Source: Acidobacteriota bacterium (lineage in GTDB: Bacteria > Acidobacteriota > UBA6911 > RPQK01 > JAJDTT01). Taken from it: a DNA stretch of 64,000 nt. The DNA lies in contig OZ253580.1 in assembly GCA_965263035.1 (NCBI GenBank), positions 4,448,001 to 4,512,000 of the forward strand, written 5' to 3'. The notes beneath the pieces were generated by a model that saw only the letters and a program-made list of their open reading frames with translations, made no database searches and was not told the origin of the DNA. Position 1 is the stretch's first letter; the number at the start of each line of letters is the position of its first letter. Position numbers and translations under genes: made by a program. Positions 30,687 to 41,070 of the stretch are shown here, one piece after another.

Positions 30687-30861
30687 TCTTTACTCCTTAA
30701 AACTGTTAGGGTGTGTGAAACTGATCGAAGCCACTCCGGCTACCGGGAGAGCAGATTCTCACCGGGAGTGTGGGAGCCATTTCCCGTCCGGCTCGGAAGC
30801 CGGTTACCGGAGGGTCGTCGCGGTCAAGAATTCGAACCTCTGTGGTCGGGTGTACCCCAGT

Positions 30862-31128
30862 TCACTTGCGAATTCCCAGACGACCTATCAGCTCCTGGTA
30901 GCGGACGAAGTCCATTCGCTTCAGATAGTCCAGAAGCCGCCGCCTCTGGCCGACGAGTTTCAGGAGTCCCCGCCGGGAGTGGTGGTCTTTCTTGTGGGAC
31001 TTGAAGTGTTCAGTGAGGTAGCCGATACGGTGGCTCAGAATGGCGACCTGGACTTCGGGCGAACCGGTATCGGTTCGGTGCAGTTGGTAGCCGCTGATGA
31101 GCTCTTCTTTCTGTTCCTTCGTCAACAT
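30862..31128 (-). CDS. rpsO: 30S ribosomal protein S15
   Basis: [23 protein letters not shown]; directly upstream of pnp. Confidence 0.98.
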   Translation of the reverse strand: MLTKEQKEELISGYQLHRTDTGSPEVQVAILSHRIGYLTEHFKSHKKDHHSRRGLLKLVGQRRRLLDYLKRMDFVRYQELIGRLGIRK

Positions 31129-31309
31129 CTTTCTTCTTCGTTCGCGCGTCAATTTAGCAGAGAAGGGTGTCGTCTGGCAACCGAACCGGTGGGTCCGTCG
31201 GAGAAATCAAGGGGCCTTCGGACAGATTCCATATCCCGAACCGCTCCCAGATCCCAGGTCGCGAATCGTAAAACCGGAGTGTGGGCGGCTGAAAAGTCGC
31301 CCCCCTCCG

Positions 31310-32215
31310 TCAGGCCTTGGGGTGGGCCGCTCGGTAGACTTTCTGCAGATGCTCGATGGAGACATGGGTGTAGCGCTGAGTTGTGGAGAGGCTCTCGTGT
31401 CCCAGGAGCTCCTGAATCGAGCGAAGGTCGGCGCCGTTGTTGAGCAGGTGCGTGGCGAAGGAATGGCGCAGAAGGTGAGGATGGACGTCCAGCAGCAACG
31501 CAGTTTGCCGGATGTAGGCTCCCAGGTTTCTCTGGACCGACCGGGCGCTGAGACGGCCTCCGCGAAGATTCAGGAATAGGGCCGGGGTTTCCGGACTGTC
31601 CTTGCGCTTGGCCAGGATCTGCCGCCTGGCCTCCAGGTAGGCGGCCAGACTTGCCCGCGAAGGCTTTCCGAAGGGGACCACACGCTCCTTGTTGCCCTTT
31701 CCCAGGACGCGTACCAGTTGGCGGGTCATGGAGAGGTCGATCAGGTTCAGGCCGACCAGCTCTCCCACCCGCAGGCCGCTGGCATAGAGGAGTTCGAGGA
31801 TGGCCCGGTCCCGGAGTCCCTTCGAGGTCGCTGCCGGGGGCAGGGTCAGGATGGATTCGATCTCCGGGAGAGAGAGAAAGCGGGGTGTCTTGTGTGGCTG
31901 GCGGGGAGTCCGAACCAACTTGGCCGGGTTCTGGTCCAGATGGCCCTCCCGATAGAGGTAGCGGAAGAAGGACCGCAATACCGACAGTTTTCGAGCGATG
32001 GTCACCTTCTGGTTCCCCTCTTGGCTCAACCGGCTCAGAAACTCCCGGATGGTGATGTGATCCAGATCGGAAGGCTTGATCTCTCTATCGGTGCGGCCGG
32101 CGGTCAGGTGGCGGAAGAATTGCTCCAGGTCGCGGGAGTAGCTCTTCACGGTGTGGGGAGAGTAGTTTTTCTCGAATTTCAAATGGGCGACGAAGGATGC
32201 CATCAGTGCTTGCAT
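31310..32215 (-). CDS. xerC: Tyrosine recombinase XerC-like
   Basis: RDRAILELLYASGLR, GKGNKER, HPHLLRHSFATH, LGHESLSTTQRY. Confidence 0.9.
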   Translation of the reverse strand: MQALMASFVAHLKFEKNYSPHTVKSYSRDLEQFFRHLTAGRTDREIKPSDLDHITIREFLSRLSQEGNQKVTIARKLSVLRSFFRYLYREGHLDQNPAKLVRTPRQPHKTPRFLSLPEIESILTLPPAATSKGLRDRAILELLYASGLRVGELVGLNLIDLSMTRQLVRVLGKGNKERVVPFGKPSRASLAAYLEARRQILAKRKDSPETPALFLNLRGGRLSARSVQRNLGAYIRQTALLLDVHPHLLRHSFATHLLNNGADLRSIQELLGHESLSTTQRYTHVSIEHLQKVYRAAHPKA

Positions 32216-32235
32216 GAACTTCCAGCTCGAATCGG

Positions 32236-33708
32236 TCAGCGGCTCATACTCCCTCCCCGGGCCGCTTCCGGAAATCCCTGGCGGCCCCGGCGCTTTCCGC
32301 GTGGGACGCCGACGCTGATCCCATAGGCCTTGATTTTCCGGTGCAGGTGGCTGCGTTCCATTCCGATCTCGGTGGCGGTTCGGGAAATGTTGCCACCATT
32401 TTCCTGCAGCATTCGGGTCAGGAAATCGGACTCGAATGCCGCGCGGGCTTCCTGCCAGCTCCGGGACTCCGGCCGGGAGGCGCCGGCTGCGTCCAGGATG
32501 GACCGGGGTAGGTCCGAAAGCTCCACCCGGCCACCCGGAACCATGATAATCCAACGCTCGACCATGTTGCGCAGCTCTCGGACGTTTCCCGGCCAGTGAT
32601 ATTGAAGAAGCCGATCCCGGACCTCTGGAGGAATGACCTTTCCCGGTTTTCCATGATGGGGACTGAGCACCTCCATGAAGTAGTCCAGAAGCTGAGGAAT
32701 GTCCTCCTTGCGCTCCCGTAGCGGCGGGACTTCGAAGGGGATGACGTTGAGCCGGAAATAGAGATCCTCCCGGAACCGGCCGGTTTCGATCTCCTTCTCC
32801 AGGTCCTTGTTGGTCGCCGCCAGGACGCGCGTATCCACCTCGGTGGGCCGCTGGCTGCCCACCGGATAAAATCGTTGATCCTCCAGTACCCTCAGAACCC
32901 GGGCCTGGGTCTTGAGACTCATGTCCGCCACTTCGTCCAGAAAGAGCGTTCCGCCGTCGGCCAGCTTGAAGCGGCCTTTCCGGTTCTCGGTTGACCCGGT
33001 GAACCCCCCCTTGACGCTCCCGAACAGTTCGCTCTCGATCAGGTCGTCCGGTATGGCCGCACAGTTGACTTCGACGAAGGGACCCTCCCGGCGCGCGCTG
33101 TTGAGGTGGAGCAGCCGCGCCACCAGTTCTTTGCCGGTGCCGTTCTCGCCGTAAATGACCACCCTTCCCTCCGTGGGGGCCGCGAAGTCGATCTGTTGCC
33201 GCAGCGCCTGCATCGGCACCGAGGTGCCGATCATGACCGTCTCCTGCCGGATCAGGTCCTTCAGACTCCGGTTTTCCGTCTCCAGGCGTTTCTGCTTGAG
33301 GGCATGGTCCAGCACCAGCAAGACCTTGTCGCGGGCCAGCGGTTTCTCGATGAAGTCGTACGCTCCCAGCTTGGTGGCTTGGACCGCGGTCTCGATGGTG
33401 CCATGGCCGGAGATCATGATGACGTACTGCCGGGAGCGGCGGGCTCGAATCTGCTTGAGCGCATCGATCCCGTCCATACCGGGCAACCAGATGTCCAGGA
33501 AGATGGCGTCGTAAGTGGTCCTGTCCACGAGGCGCAGCCCCTCCTCGGCGCTGGCCGCCGTGTGCACCAGGTAGCCCTCGTCTCTCAGGACCCCGTCCAA
33601 CGAACGGAGCACGCCCCGGTTGTCGTCTACGATCAACAGTCGGATTCTGGGATGATGTCCGGTCCTGATCGGATCGAGCCCCAGCGTCTTGTCGGCCGTG
33701 TGGATCAT
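32236..33708 (-). CDS. ntrX: Sigma54-type response regulator, NtrX-like
   Basis: REC (LDIWL), AAA+ GENGTGKE, GGFTG in place of GAFTGA, Fis-type HTH ERSHLHRK. Confidence 0.88.
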   Translation of the reverse strand: MIHTADKTLGLDPIRTGHHPRIRLLIVDDNRGVLRSLDGVLRDEGYLVHTAASAEEGLRLVDRTTYDAIFLDIWLPGMDGIDALKQIRARRSRQYVIMISGHGTIETAVQATKLGAYDFIEKPLARDKVLLVLDHALKQKRLETENRSLKDLIRQETVMIGTSVPMQALRQQIDFAAPTEGRVVIYGENGTGKELVARLLHLNSARREGPFVEVNCAAIPDDLIESELFGSVKGGFTGSTENRKGRFKLADGGTLFLDEVADMSLKTQARVLRVLEDQRFYPVGSQRPTEVDTRVLAATNKDLEKEIETGRFREDLYFRLNVIPFEVPPLRERKEDIPQLLDYFMEVLSPHHGKPGKVIPPEVRDRLLQYHWPGNVRELRNMVERWIIMVPGGRVELSDLPRSILDAAGASRPESRSWQEARAAFESDFLTRMLQENGGNISRTATEIGMERSHLHRKIKAYGISVGVPRGKRRGRQGFPEAARGGSMSR

Positions 33709-35912
33709 ACGTACGGAAACTCCATGATGAAGCGGGTGCCGCGGGGCTCGTTCCGTTCCGCCCGGATGAAACCGTTGTGCTCGGAGACGATCTGTCTCAC
33801 GATGGCCAGTCCCAGGCCCGTGCCCCTCTTCTTGGTGGAGAAATAGGGGAGGAAGAGATTCTCGTAGTCTTCCGGGGCGATCCCGGTTCCATTGTCTTCG
33901 AATTCCACCACCACCGAACCTCGCGCTTGATTGTAACGGCTGCGAATTCCGATCTGGCGGCGGCCCTTGACTTCGACCAGGGCGTCAAGAGAGTTGTCGA
34001 TCAGATTGACGAAGACCCGCTGGATCTGGATCGGGTCCCAGCGCACGGTCTTGATTCCGGGGTCGAAGTGGGTGCTCACCCCGACGCTCTTCAAGGCCCC
34101 GTCGTAGCGGGCGAGGGTCTGTTCGACGAGTTTGGCCGGATCGACCTCCACGGGATGGCAGATGGGAAGACGTGCGAAACGGGAAAACTCCTCGACCAGG
34201 GTCTTGAGCGTGGCCGCCTCTGCGGTGATCAAAGTCGTCGCTTCCGTCAATGTCTCGCCGAACTGGCGAGTCTCGCGTGTCCTGGGCAGGGTTTTCTCGA
34301 TCCTGTGGAAGCGGTTCCGGATGCGATCGGCCGAGAGCTGGATGGGGGTCAGCGGGTTCTTGATCTCGTGAGCCAGTCGTCTGGCGACCTCCTGCCAGGC
34401 GGCGAATTTCTCAGCTCGGATCAGTTCCGTGAGGTCGTCCAGGACGACCAGGTGCTCGACTCCATTCTTGAACGGCAGGTGGGTGGTGGTCACGGTGACG
34501 GTGAGAGGCAGTTGTCCCAGGCCCCGCTTGAAGTTGACCCGTCGCCGGTCCGTGCTGAACAGGCTCACGCGGTTTTTCATGTCCTGAAAATCGGCGTAGA
34601 CATCCGGCTCCAGAACGCGGGTCATGGGCCGGTTCAGGATCTGCTCGGGACCCGCACCGAACATTTCCATGGCCGCCTTGTTGGCGGTGCGAATCACGTC
34701 GTTTCGGTCCACGCTCACCACCCCGGTGGCGATGTTTTCGAGAATCGTCTCGATATACCTGCGGCGTTCATCCAGACGCTCGTTGGTTTCCCGCAACTCG
34801 GCGTTGGCCTGCTCCAACCGGCTGCGGCTGTGGTGGATCTCGTCGGCCATCCGGTTGAAGGAGTCCACCAGGATCCCCAGCTCGTCCACCGCCGTCTGCT
34901 CCACCCGGTGGTCCAGGTTCCCTTCGGCAAGTTCCCGCGCACCCTGGGCCAGGGCCTCCAGCGGAACCGTGATTCTTCTGGCCATGTAGGTGCCCAGCCA
35001 GACGAAAACGACCACCACGACCAGGGTGGTGACCGCCAGGATCAGGTAGTAGCTGTACTCGAACTGTTTCCGGTTGCTCATCAACTCCAGATGCTTTTCC
35101 GATGCGGTCTGGACTTCCAGGGCGCGGAACCGGACGCTTTCAGGCAGGGTGAAGCTGGCCACGACCCCCCCCAGAACCGCTCCATCCGGACCGCGGGCCG
35201 GAACCGCAGCCAGACCTCGGTCCACGAACCTGCGGCGGTTCTGGTCGGCCTGGTAGGAGACCGTGTAATACTCCCCGCCTTCCAGGATTTCATCGAGGGC
35301 CGGTTCCCAGGAAGCTTCCGCCCAGTCGCCTTTCCGGAATCGGATCGTCCGGTCTCGATCCACGAGCATCAAACCGTCGAAACCCAGTTCAGTCATCCGG
35401 CCCAGCAGAGGGGAATCGACGGTGAAGCGGGTCCAGTCGATCTCCGCGGCGAGGGAACGCGCTGCGATCATGCTCACTGTCTCTTCCCTTTCGTAGTACT
35501 TGGCGGCAATGATCTCGGCCGATTCCAGCAGCCGCTCTGACGGGGAGCTGAACCAGAAGTCGAGATTCTTATTGATGAGTCCGGAAGCCACCAAAAAGAG
35601 AATCAGCGCGGGGAAGAGGGAGATGATGGTCAGGGTCAGCACCAGCTGCCGTTTCAAACGGCTGAGTCCCCGGCTGGATCGATGCTCGAAAAGCAGCTTG
35701 ATGAGATTCCGGGCAAAAATGAACAGAAGCGTCAGAGCCACTATGAAATAGATGGCCCAGACCGCGGACCACAGCGTCAGATTGGCGACGAACCGGGGGT
35801 TGCCTACGGAGGTGGGATTCAAGAAGAGAACGGCCACGATGACCAGGAGCGCGGAGCAGGCGAGAAGCGCTCCCGTCCAGTAGATTCTCCGGAGTCGTTC
35901 GAGCCGCTTCAT
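33705..35912 (-). CDS. ntrY: HAMP/PAS sensor histidine kinase, NtrY-like
   Basis: AAWQEVARRLAHEIKNPLTPIQLSA, TKKRGTGLGL; ATGA overlap with ntrX. Confidence 0.9.
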   Translation of the reverse strand: MKRLERLRRIYWTGALLACSALLVIVAVLFLNPTSVGNPRFVANLTLWSAVWAIYFIVALTLLFIFARNLIKLLFEHRSSRGLSRLKRQLVLTLTIISLFPALILFLVASGLINKNLDFWFSSPSERLLESAEIIAAKYYEREETVSMIAARSLAAEIDWTRFTVDSPLLGRMTELGFDGLMLVDRDRTIRFRKGDWAEASWEPALDEILEGGEYYTVSYQADQNRRRFVDRGLAAVPARGPDGAVLGGVVASFTLPESVRFRALEVQTASEKHLELMSNRKQFEYSYYLILAVTTLVVVVVFVWLGTYMARRITVPLEALAQGARELAEGNLDHRVEQTAVDELGILVDSFNRMADEIHHSRSRLEQANAELRETNERLDERRRYIETILENIATGVVSVDRNDVIRTANKAAMEMFGAGPEQILNRPMTRVLEPDVYADFQDMKNRVSLFSTDRRRVNFKRGLGQLPLTVTVTTTHLPFKNGVEHLVVLDDLTELIRAEKFAAWQEVARRLAHEIKNPLTPIQLSADRIRNRFHRIEKTLPRTRETRQFGETLTEATTLITAEAATLKTLVEEFSRFARLPICHPVEVDPAKLVEQTLARYDGALKSVGVSTHFDPGIKTVRWDPIQIQRVFVNLIDNSLDALVEVKGRRQIGIRSRYNQARGSVVVEFEDNGTGIAPEDYENLFLPYFSTKKRGTGLGLAIVRQIVSEHNGFIRAERNEPRGTRFIMEFPYV

Positions 35913-36078
35913 GATGCCGGCTGAGGGTCGGAAAGCGCCCCGGGTCACGCTTGTCAGGTCTCCCGAATCTTCGGTATTGTAGCATCTTCTCAGGCTTGAA
36001 CCGGATGACGGGGAAAGGGTGGGCGTCCGGCCGCGGCGCCAGATTTTGATAGAAGGGGCAAACTCGGGACAGCACGTG

Positions 36079-38094
36079 ATGGAGGGGCTGGGCGATCCTG
36101 AGTCTCTGCTGCGGGTCGGGGTCGACACCGGCGGCACCTTCACCGATTTCGTGGTCTGCCGCGGGGGGCGGATCGAATTCCTGAAGCTGCCCTCGACGCC
36201 GGCGTCCCCGGAACAGGCGGTCTTGGAGGGATTGGCCCGAATCCTCGGGGACGCTCCCGCTCTGGTTCAACATGGCTTTACCGTCGGCACCAACGCGTTG
36301 CTGGAGCGCAAGGGCGCCAAGATTCTTCTGGTGACGACCGAAGGTTTCCAGGACGTTCTGGAGATCGGCCGCCAGAACCGGGCCCATCTGTACAGTCTGG
36401 CCGCGCCCCGGGTCACACCGCTGGTTCCCCGCAGCCGGCGCGTCGGAATCGAGGAGCGGACGCTTCACGACGGAACGCGGCTGGAACCGCTGAAACGGGA
36501 GACTCTGGATCGGCTCCTGGAAAAGGTGCGGCGTCAGTCTCCCCAGGCCATCGCCGTAGTCCTGCTGCACAGCTATGTCAATCCACGTCACGAGGAGCTC
36601 GTCGGCAAGGCGCTGCAGGACAGCGGAATTCCGGTCAGTCTCTCCAGCCGCGTCCTGCCCGAGTTCCGCGAATACGAGCGAACGTCGGCGACCGTCATCA
36701 ACGCCTACCTGACTCCGGTGATCGACCGTTATCTGGAAGCCTTGAGCTCGAGCCCGTTGCTGGAGCGAGGCCGTCTCACGGTCATGCAGTCCAATGGGGG
36801 GACGGTACCCCTGGCTTCGACTTCCGTCGATCCGGTGAGAACTCTCTTTTCGGGACCGGCCGGAGGAGTCGTGGGAGCCTTCAAGCTTGCCCGGCAGGCC
36901 GGCTACGACCGGATCATCACTTTGGACATGGGGGGCACGTCCACCGATGTCTGCCTCTGCGACCAGCGCGTTCCCAGCACCGGAGAGGCCGAGGTGGACC
37001 GCTTTCCCCTCCCCGTCCAGACGATTCCCATTCGATCCGTCGGCGCGGGCGGAGGCTCCATTGCATGGGTCGATTCCGGGGGGCTGCTGCGGGTGGGCCC
37101 CAGGAGCGCAGGGTCCAGTCCGGGTCCCGTCTGCTATGGGAGGGGGCGGAGCATCACCGTGACCGACGCGAACCTCTTTTTGGGCAGAATCGACGCCGAG
37201 CGCTTTCTGGGCGGAGAGATGAAGCTCGATTCAGGACGGCTTCCCAGGTGCATGAGACAGCTTTCAAGCCAGATCAAGGAGCAGTCCTGGTCACTCGAGG
37301 AACTTTCCGAGGGAATCATCAGGATCGCAAACACCCAGATGGAAACGGCCTTGCGGATGATCTCGCTGGAAAAGGGCCACGACACGCGAGACTTCACCCT
37401 GGTGAGCTATGGCGGTGCAGGCGGGCTCCACGCCTGTGAGCTGGCTCGATCACTGATGATTCCGCGGGTCATGATCCCCCCTAGCCCGGGTCTGGTCTCC
37501 GCCTGGGGAATGATGGACACGCAGGTCGTCCGGGATCTCTCGCGTACCGTCCGTCTTGCCTTCAGCAATGCCAACGTGTCACGTCGCCTCCAGAAGAGGA
37601 TGGCGCCCCTGGTGAATCAGGCGCGCCGCCAATTGGCTCGGGATGGGTTCGCGGAGGAGCGGATCGAGGTGCAGCGGAGCGTGGACGTCCGGTACCTGGG
37701 GCAAGGTTACGAAATCAACGTTCCCTACTCGCGCAACCTGTTGCGGACCTTTCACAAGAAGCATGAGCGGCTCTACGGATACTCCAATCCTGGTCTCGCC
37801 GTGGAAGTGGTGACGCTGCGGGTTCGGGCCGCGGGCAGCCACGCCGAGCTGCCGCTTCCGGAAGCTGCCACCATCCCGAAGGAGCCACCCCGGGCCGTCG
37901 CCGAAGAGAAAAGAAAGGTCCTTTTCGGGGGGAGGCGCCGAATGACCCGCTCTTACGATCGCGACCGGCTGCAGCCTGGAACCCGGCTCAAGGCGCCCGC
38001 CGTGATCAGTGAATACAGCGCCACCACCTTGATTCCTCCCGGATTCAAGGGTCGCGTGGATCGATGGCGGAACCTGATTCTGGAGCCCGGCTAG
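36079..38094 (+). CDS. Hydantoinase A / 5-oxoprolinase ATP-binding subunit
   Basis: GVDTGGTFTD, REYERTS, SGPAGG, DMGGTSTD, GAGGGSIA, GGAGGLHA. Confidence 0.92.
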   Translation: MEGLGDPESLLRVGVDTGGTFTDFVVCRGGRIEFLKLPSTPASPEQAVLEGLARILGDAPALVQHGFTVGTNALLERKGAKILLVTTEGFQDVLEIGRQNRAHLYSLAAPRVTPLVPRSRRVGIEERTLHDGTRLEPLKRETLDRLLEKVRRQSPQAIAVVLLHSYVNPRHEELVGKALQDSGIPVSLSSRVLPEFREYERTSATVINAYLTPVIDRYLEALSSSPLLERGRLTVMQSNGGTVPLASTSVDPVRTLFSGPAGGVVGAFKLARQAGYDRIITLDMGGTSTDVCLCDQRVPSTGEAEVDRFPLPVQTIPIRSVGAGGGSIAWVDSGGLLRVGPRSAGSSPGPVCYGRGRSITVTDANLFLGRIDAERFLGGEMKLDSGRLPRCMRQLSSQIKEQSWSLEELSEGIIRIANTQMETALRMISLEKGHDTRDFTLVSYGGAGGLHACELARSLMIPRVMIPPSPGLVSAWGMMDTQVVRDLSRTVRLAFSNANVSRRLQKRMAPLVNQARRQLARDGFAEERIEVQRSVDVRYLGQGYEINVPYSRNLLRTFHKKHERLYGYSNPGLAVEVVTLRVRAAGSHAELPLPEAATIPKEPPRAVAEEKRKVLFGGRRRMTRSYDRDRLQPGTRLKAPAVISEYSATTLIPPGFKGRVDRWRNLILEPG

Positions 38095-38803
38095 TCCTGC
38101 GAAGAGAGATGTGGAACAGGAGGACTCCCGCCGCCACCGACAGGTTCAGGGATGCGACCCGTCCCTGCATGGGCAGCGCTGCCAGGAAGTCGCACTGCCG
38201 GCGCACGAGCCGGCGCAGACCCTGGTGTTCACCGCCCACGACCACGACCAGACGCAGGGTGGCGTCGATCTGGTTCAGACTGGTCGAGCCCCTCGGGTCC
38301 AAACCCACGATCCAGAATCCCGCCTGCTTGAGTTCGTCCAGGGTTCGAGACAAGTTGGAGACACGGCAGATCTTCAGATGCAGGGCGGCTCCGGCGCTGG
38401 CGGTGACGACGCTGGGGGTGATGGAACAGGAGCGGCGCCGCGGGATCAGGACTCCGTCGGCCCCGACCGCCTCGGCCGTTCTCAGGAGGGCGCCCAGATT
38501 GTTGGGGTCCTGGACGCCGTCAACGGCGACTAGCAGGTTTGGCTGCTGACTCAGGATGCGTTCGAGAGGAACCGGGGAGGCGCCGGAGACCCGGGCAGAG
38601 ACCTCCGAGTGACGCTGCCGCCTTTTTCCTGAAGAGGATCGGGCCGCCGCCTCGAACTGGATTGGGATTCCCAGGTGATGAGCCGACTCGACGATTTCCT
38701 GCAGTCTTGGATTCAGATCCCGTCTCCGGATCAGAATCTTCTCGACCTTGGGATTCTCCGCAGCCAATGCCTCCCGGACGGCATGGACCCCATGGACGAT
38801 CAT
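38045..38803 (-). CDS. rlmB: 23S rRNA Gm2251 methyltransferase (SPOUT)
   Basis: GVHAVREAL, DGVQDPNNLGA, GGEHQGL, SLNLSVA. Confidence 0.9.
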   Translation of the reverse strand: MIVHGVHAVREALAAENPKVEKILIRRRDLNPRLQEIVESAHHLGIPIQFEAAARSSSGKRRQRHSEVSARVSGASPVPLERILSQQPNLLVAVDGVQDPNNLGALLRTAEAVGADGVLIPRRRSCSITPSVVTASAGAALHLKICRVSNLSRTLDELKQAGFWIVGLDPRGSTSLNQIDATLRLVVVVGGEHQGLRRLVRRQCDFLAALPMQGRVASLNLSVAAGVLLFHISLRRTSRAPESGSAIDPRDP

Positions 38804-38934
38804 GGGACAAGAACAAGATTGAGGAACGGATTCATGGCCGGAGTATACACTCGTATCAAGAGTGAAAACGGAACGCGCGAGGGGTGAGTGGAATATTCAG
38901 GTGGAGGTTCGTGGATTCAAAATGCGACGGCGAA

Positions 38935-38963
38935 TTGACTATATGGATGATGCTGCCTAGAAT
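38935..38963 (+). promoter_or_regulatory. Sigma70-type promoter of the OM barrel gene
   Basis: TTGACT-17 bp-TAGAAT ending 20 nt before ATG 38984. Confidence 0.65.
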
Positions 38964-38983
38964 GTGGAACTGAAAGAAAACTT

Positions 38984-40768
38984 ATGGCCTGTCCTTCAAT
39001 AGGTCGCCTGCCGGTTCACCTGTTTCTACTCGGTGTGCTCCTATCTCTGTCCGGAGTGTCGGTTCAAGCGTCCGCCCGGGGACAACTCTTCGGTCTGGTG
39101 CAAGACGAATCCGGGCTCCCGGTTTCCGATATTCTGGTGACGCTGACGGAAAGCTCCTCCGACGAAGGCTTGCCGGTTCTGACCCGCAGCGACGATTCGG
39201 GCCGGCTGTTCTTCAAGAATATGAGGGCGGGTTCCTACAGGGTCCTGGTCAAGAGCAGTCAGTACGCGGTGCGGAAGGCGGGTCCGGTGGAGATTCTTCC
39301 CGGACAGACGGCGGTGATGACCCTGGTGTTGCAGGAGTTGCTGGACGTCGAAGGGTTGGGAGGCCGCAACGTCAGCTTCAAGGCGCTGCTTCGCAATGCC
39401 GACCCGAGGCTCATTTTCCGCCATCTTCCCGAGTTGCTGGAGGGACGAACCAACCCCTGGTTTGAAAGCGCGGTTTTCCAGGTCTATTCCAGCGCCGGCC
39501 ATGGCGGAGACTATCTCCGTCTTCCCGACGACTCGGCGGGAGCGACCACGGCGAATTTCGGCATGGTGCAGAGTCTCCCCGGTGGCCGCGACTACATCTT
39601 CGCAGGCCAGCTGAATTCTGGCGAGGATTCGCTCTGGCGGATCAAGGCGTTCATGGACCAGACGCTGAGTGATCGCCACTCGGTGAGGGTCTTTCTGGGC
39701 CACGGCCGGATCGGTGTCCATCAGCCCGGAATGGCCTTGTTGGGGAATCCCGGGGCCCTGAGTCGTGACGTGAATTTCACCAATGCCGCCGGCACCACCA
39801 ACATCCTGAGTGTGGGTCTCGAAGACAGATTCTCATGGGGCGACACACTGGCCCTGACCTGGGGACTCGAGCTGAACAAGGTTCGATCGACCTCTAACTA
39901 TTCGACCCTGAGTCCGAGCGCCGAATTGACCCTGCGACCTGTGCCCCGCGCCCGTTTGCGGGTGACCATGGCGTCGAAGCGACCAACTCTCTACCAGAAT
40001 TCCGTGACCTTGGAGGACGGCCGTACCGTGGGTCTCTCGGATGCCGTCAAGATCTCGTGGATCGACAATCGATTGGAATTCGGCACCTCGCGCCACTACC
40101 GGGGAAGTCTGGCCTACAAGCTCTGGGAAAACACCGAGTTGGAGTTGGCCCGCTTCCAGGACCAGTTCTTCGGCGGAACCGTTCCCTTCATGGCTTTTTT
40201 CACGAGTTCCCCGGACCCGGATCTGGTCCGGCTCACGGACGATCAGGCCCGGACCTGGGGCAATCGGTTGACGCTGCGGCAGGGGATCAGCCGCAATGTT
40301 CGTGCCGGCGTTTCCTATATCCGCGGCACGGCGGTCAGCGTGGTTCCCGCCGGGTACGCCCTGGTGCTGGAAACGGCGGATGTCGGCAGCCTGTTGAAGA
40401 GAACGGGCTACGGCGCTGTCGACACCGAGCTGGGCGTGTTCATACCGACGACTCGGACCGAGTTGACGGCCGTGGTCAAGTTCGTGACGGACGGCGACCC
40501 CGTGACCCCGTTGGACGCGCTCTCGGATGCCTACGAGACCGGCAACAAGGGCCTGAATCTCTTTGTTCGTCAGATCATCCCCATTCCCGACAGCATCTTG
40601 AGCTTCCTCGGTCTGGACTTCCTCAACGGCCGCCGGATCGAGGCGCTTTTGGATATCCGCAATCTCACCAATGAGGACCTTGGCGTGGTTTCGAACGGTC
40701 CGGGTGGAAGCGTCGTTTTGGCCCAAAACCCAAGGTCCGTTCGGGGAGGAGTCACGGTCCGGTTCTGA
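38984..40768 (+). CDS. Outer-membrane beta-barrel protein with N-terminal carboxypeptidase-regulatory-like domain
   Basis: Signal peptide, GLVQDESGLPV...GSYRV domain, alternating strand pattern, C-terminal GVTVRF. Confidence 0.75.
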   Translation: MACPSIGRLPVHLFLLGVLLSLSGVSVQASARGQLFGLVQDESGLPVSDILVTLTESSSDEGLPVLTRSDDSGRLFFKNMRAGSYRVLVKSSQYAVRKAGPVEILPGQTAVMTLVLQELLDVEGLGGRNVSFKALLRNADPRLIFRHLPELLEGRTNPWFESAVFQVYSSAGHGGDYLRLPDDSAGATTANFGMVQSLPGGRDYIFAGQLNSGEDSLWRIKAFMDQTLSDRHSVRVFLGHGRIGVHQPGMALLGNPGALSRDVNFTNAAGTTNILSVGLEDRFSWGDTLALTWGLELNKVRSTSNYSTLSPSAELTLRPVPRARLRVTMASKRPTLYQNSVTLEDGRTVGLSDAVKISWIDNRLEFGTSRHYRGSLAYKLWENTELELARFQDQFFGGTVPFMAFFTSSPDPDLVRLTDDQARTWGNRLTLRQGISRNVRAGVSYIRGTAVSVVPAGYALVLETADVGSLLKRTGYGAVDTELGVFIPTTRTELTAVVKFVTDGDPVTPLDALSDAYETGNKGLNLFVRQIIPIPDSILSFLGLDFLNGRRIEALLDIRNLTNEDLGVVSNGPGGSVVLAQNPRSVRGGVTVRF

Positions 40769-40843
40769 TTTCCCACCGCCGTTCCTGCTGTTCCGGAAGC
40801 AGGCCTCCCGGTAACGCTCTGATCCGGGGGACGCATGTCGACA

Positions 40844-40878
40844 ATCCAAATTATTGGATCTCGTACGAGAGATTGGAC
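40844..40878. promoter_or_regulatory. Candidate enhancer-binding-protein sites (UAS)
   Basis: Perfect ATCCAA-N4-TTGGAT plus degenerate GTACGA-N4-TTGGAC, ~90-120 bp upstream of a sigma54 consensus. Confidence 0.5.
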
Positions 40879-40965
40879 TGATTTCTCCGTCAGGGGTGCA
40901 CCGGCCTTCTCGCAGGGACGAGAATCCCTCTTCTTCTCAGGAGATTTCGTGGGTCGACCGGTAGA

Positions 40966-40980
40966 TGGCACCGATCTTGC
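40966..40980 (+). promoter_or_regulatory. Sigma54 (-24/-12) promoter
   Basis: TGGCAC-CGATC-TTGC, exact consensus spacing, ~90 nt before the kinase ATG. Confidence 0.75.
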
Positions 40981-41070
40981 GAATGAATGGTGGGGTATTG
41001 GAAGGGTCATGAAAAGCGTCGCCGTCGTGTGCGTCATTTCCGTTGCCGGCCGTTTCTGAGGGAGCCGTTC

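Noticed and set aside
30687-30861. Structured RNA between rpsO and pnp
   Set aside because: Hairpins are plausible (terminator or RNase III site is known at this position in other bacteria) but I cannot define boundaries or a family.
31310-32215. Tyrosine recombinase as a prophage or island integrase
   Set aside because: XerC-like size and motifs, embedded among core genes with no att repeats or cargo.
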